Below, one piece after another: positions 54,148 to 64,000 of a stretch of 64,000 nucleotides of DNA. The DNA is from Eledone cirrhosa (lineage: Eukaryota): positions 27,714,001-27,778,000 of the forward strand of contig OZ024750.1 of NCBI GenBank assembly GCA_964016885.1. Reading direction: 5' to 3'. How positions within the stretch are numbered: position 1 is the first letter of the stretch; every line of letters begins with the position of its first letter. The notes under the pieces were generated by a model. That model did no database searches and was not told the origin of the DNA. It worked only from the letters and a program-made list of their open reading frames with translations. Made by a program: the position numbers and the translations under genes.

Positions 54148-54426
54148 CAGGCATGGGCAACATTTTTCGAGAAGCAGGCCACTCATCATCAGGCGGACCG
54201 CAAGCGCTAATTTACATTCGTGCCCACATTAAAAAAAAATGGTGGTAACTCAGGTTGTTTTGATTTTTTTCTTCAGAATTCGTACACGTTGTTTTCCTCG
54301 ATCGTAAAAATGGTAGAAAGATAAATTACGACTGAAAAGTTGGGGTAAAAAATCAGAAAGATTTCACTTAGGTGACTTATGCGAGCCATTCAGAAAGCTT
54401 CGCGGGCCGCAGGTTGCCCATGACTG
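54148..54426. mobile_element. hAT-type MITE
   Basis: TIR CAGGCATGGGCAAC/GTTGCCCATGACTG and a perfect 8-bp TSD GACTAGAC. Confidence 0.9.
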
Positions 54427-54619
54427 GACTAGACTATCCAAGAAAAAAAAAATTAAAAATAAAACACAAAGCCCACGTTTTAAGAGGAGAACTCTCCCCC
54501 ACACTCAGGTCCGAAAGTCATTTCGTTCAGTTTTACAGGATTTCTTTTAGAGAACATATTCCTTGGACTGAGCCTGATTCAATTCCAGCCAGAAAGTGGA
54601 CTTTATTAATCTGGTCTAC

Positions 54620-54860
54620 GCCGGTTCGATTCTTGAACAGACTGCTGTGTTTTGTTCTAGAGCAAAACATTTTATTTCACGTTGCTACAGGATACTCTGC
54701 TGAAAGTGAGTACCAGCAGTTGCTGGGGAGTTAAACCTGTGAAAGATAAGTGCCGTGTCCAGTGAGAGTCTTGTAGTCTCAGTCGCTTAGTGCCAAGAAA
54801 ACTGGAGATAAGCACCGGCTTGATCAGCCTTTGCCTTAGAACAGACTTTAACTAACTTTA
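54620..54860 (+). mobile_element. SINE3 diverged copy
   Basis: Homologous to 40635-40860. Confidence 0.6.
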
Positions 54861-55120
54861 ACTACACAATTATTTGGCTTGTTGAAATATGATTTCCTTT
54901 TCAATCTTCCAACCAAATGTATGTTTCAATCAGATCATAGATGATTCGTCTGTTATAACTTATAACTCAGATTATAACTCAGATCGAAAGTTAAGTTTAA
55001 ATGTTTGAACACATAATTTTAACTTTTTATATCCATGAAGTAAATAGTTAAAAATAAAATACTTTTGACTACAAAACAGGACACATTCTTTCACTCGCGT
55101 AATATATAATTCACATACTA

Positions 55121-55239
55121 CTGGGTGTCCCTAAATCTGGACACAGAGGAAGAATATATATGTTCGATAGAAACAATTCAACAACATTTTATTATAAATA
55201 GTGATATTTCCTATGTGTTCAGACATTAGGGACACCCTA
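55121..55239. mobile_element. Tc1/mariner-type MITE
   Basis: Imperfect TIRs CTGGGTGTCCCTAAATCTGGACACA / TGTGTTCAGACATTAGGGACACCCTA, preceded by TA. Confidence 0.65.
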
Positions 55240-55738
55240 CAAATGAATGAATTACGGCTGGAATGAAATGAGCCGTGAATGTAAACAGAATCACCTATAT
55301 ACTCGTGGTTTAAGTTAATAGACTCTCAGGAGGTGAGAGAAATAGCTTCCAGATATTCCGAAACATCAAACACGGGTATTTTATTTAACGTAAACAATAT
55401 ACTTTTTTGTAGTTTTTATTTCTCTCCCCTCGAAAAAAGATAGATTCTTTATGATAGTTAGATGTTGAGTGTTACTCATGTTAATTATTTTTGAGTTTTT
55501 ATATTATTTTAATAACAAGCCACTTTAATTAAAATACTTAAAACAGGGGCTCTGTGTGGAATCAACTCGCGTCAAAAGAAGTCAGTTTAACGCTGATCAT
55601 TACCGAGATTGTGTGTCTTAAGCCTTACTACATTATTACATTATAAGGCGTTCATCTCATCTTGAGACGGCAGAGATATTTGAGCCTCGTATATTTAATT
55701 AAACCAGAAATGGACTGTAGATATATTGGCTGAAGATA

Positions 55739-56704
55739 TACGAGAGTAGGCTGAAAGATTCATAGATAAACTATGAAGGAATGGTGTTAGTGCTGTGAAA
55801 TCTTGCATGCATTAATTTCAATTCTTCTTATTAATAACTGCATAGTTTCTTTCCAGGGATTATGTAGAAAAATAAACTCATTTGGTCATTCCATGAGTAT
55901 TATGGTTCAACCTTTGAAGGAGCGATGCTAGAGTTGTGAAATCTCGCATGCATTAATTTCGACTCTTTTTACTAATAACTGCATTGTTTCTTTCCAGGGA
56001 CTATATTGAAAATAAATCTCATTTGGACATTCCATGAGAGTATCTTGGTCAGCCTGTAAACTTTTCAGCCGACCCTTGTATGATAACTGTATTATTTCTT
56101 TCCAGGGACTATTTAGAAAAATAAACCTCATTTGGTCATTCCATGAGAGTATCTTTGTCAGCCTATGAACTTTTCAGCCGACCCTCGTATAATAACTGCA
56201 TTGCTTCTTTCCAGGGACTATTTTGAAAAATAAACAGCATTTGGTAATTCCATGAGAGTATCTTTGTCAGCCTATGAACTTTTCAGCCGACCCTCGTATA
56301 ATAACTGCATTATTTCTTTCCATAAAGCACCAGTAACGTACTGGGTCGATTTTAATCGACTTTCCCCTCCCCACAAATTGCTGGCCTTGTGCCTATATAA
56401 GAAACCATTATTTCTTTCTAGGGCGGTGGATTGGCAGTATCAGTAGAGGGTCGGACGCCATGCTTTCCAACATAGTTACGTCCCTTTACGGACTGAGTTC
56501 AAATCCCGCCGAGGTTGACTTTGCCTTTCATCCTTACGGGGTCGATAAAATAAAATACCAGTAATGCACTGGGTAATCGCTGGCCTTGTGCCTAAAGTAG
56601 AAACAATTATTTCTTTCTAGGGACTATGTTGAAAAATAGACCTCATTTGGCCATTCCATGAGAGCATCTCGGTCAGCCTACGAACTTTTCAGCTGAGCCT
56701 CGTA
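55739..56704. mobile_element. Mariner-like MITE with tandemly reiterated right ends and SINE1 insertions
   Basis: Left end TACGAGAGTAGGCTGAAAGATTCATAG; right ends AACTTTTCAGCCGACCCTCGTA at about 56080, 56189, 56298 and 56704; SINE1 at 56325-56610. Confidence 0.65.
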
Positions 56705-58634
56705 TTGACTGAAGAGATTCTGTTTGACCAGAAATTGATAATTCCCTCAAATTTATTTCCACTAATACAGTTTATTTAATATTCTTATTTTATCAAATAT
56801 TAACCTGCAATGGTCTCCATTACCGGCACCACCGGCACCAACATCTCTTATCCTCTGACGACAACCGCCATTCTAGAACAATGATATCTACCAACACTAC
56901 TAGAAACAGTGTCGACAACGACCTCAACCGTCACACCTACTGCCACCATCACCACCATTAACATTTTCTCTACCACTAACGTCTATATTGCCATTATCAT
57001 CTTTCATCATGTCTATTATCTTTGTTAATATCACCACAATCGTTCTTTGGACCAGCTAGTTATAACAAACTCCATTATCATCACTTGTGTTTAAAATGGT
57101 GACAATCTGAACATAACTGTCAACACTCTCTCCAGCTATTATCATCATCATCATCATCACCATCATCATCATCCTCATCATAAATAAGAATAACACCGTC
57201 TCTCTCTCTATATATATATATCTGTCACATATATCTGTTTCTACACTAATACTGGTATCACTAACAACACCACAATCGGCTAAGCTATCACCAGTATAAC
57301 ATATCTCCTTTCCACTTCTCATCATTATCATCACCAACCACCCGTCCCCACCACCACCACCATAACCACCCCAACACTAGAACCCTCAATATCACCACCA
57401 CTTCATGCCTTACCATGACAGACATCTTTCTTAATTAGTATCACTTCTATCAACGCCATTATTCCTCCAAGTAAGACCACTTCTTCTCTGTCAGATTTCC
57501 TTCCTCAGTCTGTCCATTTATCAAGTACTTTCCTTAGCAGTATCCGTATCAACACGTTGAAAGATTTCTGAACTATTACTTGGTATTTGTTATTGGTTTC
57601 TGATTTAGGCACAAGACCAACGAATTTTTTGGGGGGAGGGGGGGGGGGGGGGTCAACCAAATCGACCCCAGTGTATTACTGGTAGTTTATTTGATCGACC
57701 CCTGAGTTTACTCAGCTGTAGAAATGAGTTGCGATCCTGCCAAATCAATGGCTGGCAGTAGTTCCAGCTGCACGCATCGAAAGACTAGTGTAGTGCTTCT
57801 GAGAACAATGCGGCTTTGCAGATGATCAATGCACATTGACAATGGAAAGGCGCTCCCGCTTGAGTTAGAAGAGAACTATTGACCTTCAGGAGAAGCAGCG
57901 ACCCCAGATTATATTCAGCAACCTAAACAAATATGAAGTACACCAAATCCAATGCTCCTAGGGGCGGCCATGGTTCTTCTTATTTGCGAGTGTAAACTCG
58001 GCCAGATTAGATTGATTAGATTAAGGATGAAAAGTAAAGTTAACCACGACAGAAATTGAACTTAGAATGCAAAGATGGTAAGTGTAGAGGAATGTTTGGT
58101 AATCTCTAAGAAACAATATGGAAATATATTTGTTGAGAATATGAAAAATAGTTTAATTTCGCTACATCCTAATATATATTAATATTCCCTTTTGGAACTT
58201 TCCCCCGTTGATGGGCGTGAGCCCGAAATATTGGGATTAAATCTCCACTACGGTAACCCTTCTACCTTTGTTTTGTTTTCATCTTTGTCTCTCTCAATTT
58301 TCACTTTCACCTGTTTCTCCTATCTACCATTCACTTCCTACCTCGAGATTTCCCTCTGCATTGTTGTGGCTTTCTTAACTACGTATTTTACACATTTCAC
58401 AATGCTTCAAGCAAACTTTAACACCCTCTTATATTAATATATATTATTAGGGGAGGTCAGTTTTTTAAATTTTGGTCTTAATTAAATTTTGGTCTTAATT
58501 ATAAAAGATAAAGATCCTATAACTCCTTGTGCAGTCGTAGTGGATCCGTCATACTGCGTGTCTAGGGCACATTTAAATCTGGCGAAGCCCAACCCTCTCT
58601 AGGTCTGAACACAGCCAATTTTTTCTATAGAGGA

Positions 58635-59040
58635 AGAATCGACTCCAGTACTGGACTGGTACTTTTTTTATCGACCTCGAAAGGATGAAAAGCAAAGTTG
58701 ACGATGGCGGGATTTGAACTCAGAGCGTACAATGAGGTGGGACGAATAGAAAGCATTCTATCTGACGTCTTAATGACTCTGCCAATTCACCGCCTGTCGG
58801 TCTTAATTAAGTAGATATATAACCTAAGACGTTCCAGTTATGACCATCTAAACATTTTTAAAGAAGGTAATTGACGTTGTAGTGTGGCAAATTGGAAGAG
58901 TGGTTCGAATGTTGACTAGAATGTTCTGTGGTATTTGATCCGGCTCTCTGTACTCCGAGTTCAAATCCTGCCGAGGTCAACTTTGCTTTTCTTCCTTTCC
59001 AGGTCGATAAAACATGTACCAACCCAATACCGGGGTAGAT
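58635..59040. mobile_element. Two diverged SINE1 copies in opposite orientation (58635-58795 minus; 58883-59040 plus)
   Basis: Core and B-box similarity. Confidence 0.7.
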
Positions 59041-59584
59041 TCCTTCTCTAGGTCTCCTTCTTACGTCCTCTTTCTCTCCCTCCTTTAAACACACACCCTC
59101 CTCTCTCTTTCTCTGTAAGATGTCGGCTGTTTCGACTCGGGAAGAAGATAGCCTCCCCCCGCCAGGATTAAATTGCCCAAAGTACGCCGTATATCAGACA
59201 TTACGGTACCCCTACGTCTCCATCAAGAGTTAGAGTCCGTAGATACAAGTCACGATATATGAGGGATTTGGCTGGTGTTTCTAGTAGGTCGGATGACCAC
59301 GTAAAGATTCCTAATTATTAGTTCTTTGCAATGGGGGTAGGATAGGACGTCTTCATTATAGGAGACTGACTAGTGTATGATTATGTTTTCCCATATATAG
59401 AAAATAAAATAGTTCGACGAAATATAACTTTCCTTTCTATAGTAAAAGAGGAAAAACGAGAGGCTGAGAGAGAGAGAGAGTAGGGTAGGGTGTGGAGGTG
59501 GTGGTGGTGGTGGGGAGAAAGAACGAAAGAAAGAAAAAAGAGAGGGAAATGTTTGAAAGAATATTTAAATAAGAAACACACAGA

Positions 59585-59723
<139 letters not shown>

Positions 59724-59725
59724 CG

Positions 59726-59800
<75 letters not shown>

Positions 59801-60337
59801 TAGATAGATATATATATAAGGTAGGTATGTCGATAGGGGTGGGTAGCTATGAATTTATGTAATTATTTTTCTCCTTTAACACCCACCCCACTTTTAACAG
59901 CCAGTTATTTAAAATCCTGTTAACTTACTCAAATGTCAAATGGTGCTTTGCCATTTTAAGTCTATACAGAAAAAAAAAACCCACACAGAACAACAAAAAA
60001 AAAAGAAAAAACACAGAGAAAAAAAAATAAAAGACAAAACCAAAATTGAAGGAAAATAAAAAAATAAAAAATTGCCAAAATAAAGAAAACTAGGAAAAAT
60101 TTGATTCTAAAAGGTTACTTTTTGAAGTATAATAATTTTTTCTAACATTGGTTTAAGGCCAGCAATTTTTTTTTTTTTTGTGTGTTGATTATATTAGTCT
60201 CAGTATCAACCCCAGAAAGATGAACGATAAAGTTGACCTCGATGGGATTTTAGAATTATAATGTAGAAATTAATAACTAAATGAACACAGCATTTTGTAC
60301 AACACTCTAACAAATTTCCTAATCCTCTTTTCAAGTA

Positions 60338-60480
60338 CAGTGAAACCACGGATCATGAATGCCTCTCGTCACGAACAAATCGGTTCACGAGCAATTTGTT
60401 TGAACATAAAACGTATCGGTTTACGAATAGTGTCTCGAGTAACGAACAAGCAAACCGGCAACAACTTGGTGTATTGCTGT
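60338..60480. mobile_element. pogo/Tigger-like DNA transposon end
   Basis: TA|CAGTGAAACCACG followed by subterminal ACGAA repeats; no partner end found. Confidence 0.5.
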
Positions 60481-60520
60481 GTAGTTAGTTACTGTAATGA
60501 TATCTATCTGTCCTTTACAC

Positions 60521-60569
<49 letters not shown>

Positions 60570-60647
60570 TCGTTTCCTGTGGAATATTGAACATAGAAAA
60601 GAATAGTGAGATAAAGAAACAAATGATATTTTCTGCATTAATAAAAA

Positions 60648-62939
60648 CATTGTTTCTACTTTAGGCACAAGGCCGGCAATTACCCCAGTACATTACTGGT
60701 ACTTTATTTTATAGACCCCCGTAAGGATGAAAGGCAAAGTTAACCTCGGCGGGATTTGAACTCAGACCGTAAAGGGACGTAACTCTAAGCTGGAAAGCAT
60801 GGTGCCTGACCCTCTACCGATACTGCCAATGGTTTCTGATTTCAGCAGAAAGGCAATCATTTTTTTTGGAGGGGGGGGGGGGGGGGTCGATTAAATCGGC
60901 GACCCCAGTGCGTTACTAGTACTTTATTTTATCGACCCCACAAGGAGGAAAGAAAAAGCTAACCTCGGAAGGATTTTAAAACCAGAACGTAAAGGGCCGT
61001 AAACGTATTGTCCGGCGCTCTACCGATATTGCCAATCCACCAGTGTCCTTCCATTGTTGATATATAATATAAGTTTATTTTGTGTTTTACTATTTTGGTC
61101 AGTAATTTAATCTAAGACCGTGTGTACAAACTAAAACAAACTAAATCGTAGACGAAATATTTTAACCATTTAAAAGCATAATAACTGTTTTGTAACCTTT
61201 TCATTTATTTATTCATAATACAGTTTATTCTGAAATATAATTTATGTGGGATGGTTGCTCATACAATCCCACTATTCCACTACACATGTAATTGTATCAT
61301 GTCACCTGACCGATACAATCAAGTATTTCCTACATTAAATGTGTGACCTTGTGTGCCTATGTTAGAAATATATATTTGAGAATCGTTCATTACATGTTCC
61401 AAATTGTGGTTTCTTATGTAGGCACAAGGCCAGCAATTTTTTTTTTTTGGGGGGGGGGTCGATTAAGTCGACCCCAGTACGTGACTGGTACTTTATTTTA
61501 TCGACCCCGTAAGGATGAAAGCAAAGTTATCCTCGGCGGGATTTGAACTCAGAACGTAAAGGGCCGTAACTCTATGCTGCAAAGCATGGTGTCCGTCGCT
61601 CTACCGATACTGCCAAACCACCGCCTTTGCATGTTCCAAATAAGGCTTTCTTTCCAAATAATTGTTTCTACTTTTGGCACAAGGCCAGAAATTATCCCAG
61701 TGCATTACTGGTACTTTATTTTATCGATCCCGAAAGGATGAAAGGCAAAGTTAACCTCGACGGGATTTGAACTCAGACCGTAAAAGGACGTATCTCTATG
61801 CTGCAAAGTTTGGTGCCCGACGCACTACCGATACTGCCAATCCACACCCTTTCTTTCCAAATAATTGTTTCTACTTTTGGCACAATTACCCAGTGTATTA
61901 CTGGTACTTTATTTTATCGACCCCGTAAGGATGAAAGGCAAAGCTAACCTCGGCGGGATTTGAACTCAGAATGGCAAGGACCGTAACTCTATGCTAGAAA
62001 GCACGGCGTTCGACCCTCCACCGATACAGCCAATCCACCCTCTACCGATACTGCCAATCTTTCCAAATAATGAAAGCACATTGAATATCCTATATCTATC
62101 TAAATGCCAAAGTTTATCAGCAAAGTTTATCATATTGAAACAAAAATAAAGATATTATTTTGACAAGGGCAACAAAACCTGGCAAATCCTACTTTCTCTC
62201 TGTTAATCATTTATAAATGTTTTATATTCAAGTTATATGTTTGTTTTTCTTTAGTTAACATACGCCCTTTGAACTTGGCTTCCAAATAGCACAGTCTATA
62301 ATGAAGTGTCAAAAGGTTTTGTTTCACTGCTATGGGCTGGTCATCGACAAAATTCCACTTTGATAACTTTCGGCCAGTTTTCGCCCAGGCCATGTCTAAT
62401 TTAATAGCACCACCCAGGTAAAATTCTAAGAGTGACCAGGTTGTAGAACTGCGATTAAACTTGTTGACACATTAAAATAGGCTGGACTAGAATGGTTTCT
62501 GATTTAGGCACAGGGCCAACATTGTTTGGGGAACGGGAAAGTCGATTAAATCGACCCAGTACATTACTGGTTCTTTATTTTATCGACCCGGTAAGGATGA
62601 AAGGCAAAGTTATCCTCGACAGGATTTGAACTCAGAACGTATAGGGCCGTAACTCTATGCTGCAAAGCATGGTGTCCGACTCTACCAATACTGCCAATTC
62701 TCCGCCCTATAGATTTCAAATAATGGTTTCTTGTATAGGCACAAGGCCAGCAATTTTAAGGAAGGGAAAGTCGATTAAATCGACCCAGTGCATGACTGGT
62801 ACTTTATTTTATCGACCCCGTAAGGATGAAAGGCAAAGTTATCCTCGGCGAGATTTGAACTCAGATCATAAAGGGCCGTAACTCTATGCTGCAAAGCATG
62901 TTGCCCGACGCTCTACCGATTACTGCCAATCCACCGCCC
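60648..62939 (-). mobile_element. Cluster of seven co-oriented SINE1 copies
   Basis: Copies at about 60648-60830, 60830-61042, 61407-61626, 61660-61848, 61862-62060, 62494-62708 and 62723-62939, several with visible TSDs. Confidence 0.9.
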
Positions 62940-63366
62940 TGGCTAGACTAGAATGAAAATGAAAAATGAATATAGTAAAATGAGATATTATATCAATAAG
63001 AGATTAGAATTCCTCGTGAGATTGTTCAAAATATTGATTTCTATCGTAGTCAGAAAGCTGTATCTGTGGCTTCGTAAAATACATTTGATTTAATCGACCC
63101 CAGTATTTCACTGGTATTTATTGGGTTGTCAAATATGAAAATTGTAAAAATTTCTAGAAAAAACCCCCAATTTTCTACAAATTTCATTCTTGACGAACCA
63201 ATATTTTATCAATCCTAGATGGAGGGATGATAAAATCAGGCGGTGGGGTGAAAGGGGTGGGGTCCCCACCACCCTACGGCATTTCTCCAATGACGATATT
63301 GAACGATGACATGAAATATAATATTTGAAGAGAAAATTCACACGGGAGAGGACGAGGTTAAAAGAA

Positions 63367-63369
<3 letters not shown>

Positions 63370-63433
<64 letters not shown>

Positions 63434-63830
63434 TAGGAGGGCGGGCTGGAGCTAGATAGAGAGGGTGGGAGGGATAGAGAGCGTGCAAGATAGAGCGAGA
63501 GGGAGGATAGAGAGTGAGAAGGAAAAAGAGAGAGAGGATAGAATGAGATAGAGGGAGAACGAACTTGAAATAGAGAGACACAGAACAAGTGAGGGAGAGA
63601 GAGAGAGAGAGGGGGAGGGAGTGGAAAAGAGCAACAGAGAGAGAGAGAGAGGGGGGAGTGGAAAAGAACAAAAAGAGAGAGAGAGAGAGAGTCTCAGAGA
63701 AAGAGAGAGAAGGGTAAGAGAGATAGAGTGAAACACAGCAAGGGAGAGGAAGTAAGAGATAGAGAATGAGCTCGAAATTGAAAGAGACACAAAGACGAGA
63801 GAGGGAGAGATAGATAATGAGATAATGAGG
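63370..63830. repeat. (GA)n-rich simple and low-complexity repeat
   Basis: Direct reading. Confidence 0.9.
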
Positions 63831-64000
63831 AGGTAAGTTGAAGCTGTTACATAAATGACTTCATGTAATACAAACATATAGAGCATTTGAGGACTTTGAC
63901 CGGATAATAAGGCATTATATTACGTCATTGACAATTGCAGACGGATTAACGGTCACACTTTTTATGAAGCATTTCACTGAACAGCTGTGTGTGCATATAG

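Noticed and set aside
58200-58250. Hammerhead at TTGATG GGC GTGA GCCC GAAA
   Set aside because: The core is mutated and helices I and III are not recoverable; kept only as supporting context
62255-62420. Plus-strand exon candidate between TTTCTTTAG and CAG|GTAAAA
   Set aside because: Stop codons occur in all three frames

Overview
This AT-rich animal DNA is saturated with microsatellites and transposons, and I could not recognise an intact host gene. The repeat complement suggests a cephalopod mollusc such as an octopus (inference). Nearly all ORFs in the supplied track are translated simple repeats. The real coding remnants are a frameshifted CR1/L2-group LINE (43353-45465, minus), a Helitron RepHel fragment, RTE 3' ends, an RLE-type (R4/Dong-like) fragment and a probable GIY-YIG relic. 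The window also holds about 28 copies of a tRNA-derived SINE, CORE-type SINEs, and hAT, piggyBac and Tc1/mariner MITEs. The most striking feature is a dense set of short elements from many unrelated families inserted into (TA)n tracts. They carry type I hammerhead ribozyme motifs (about 15 readable cores plus several 3' halves), mostly with palindromic helix III, and often form fold-back palindromes, as expected for Penelope-like pseudo-LTRs or retrozymes. Across families they share a 3' hairpin (ACTC...GAGT[G/A/T]CT), and the inverted arm of nearly every fold-back copy stops about 4-6 nt 5' of that ACTC. All calls were made by eye, so boundaries are approximate.
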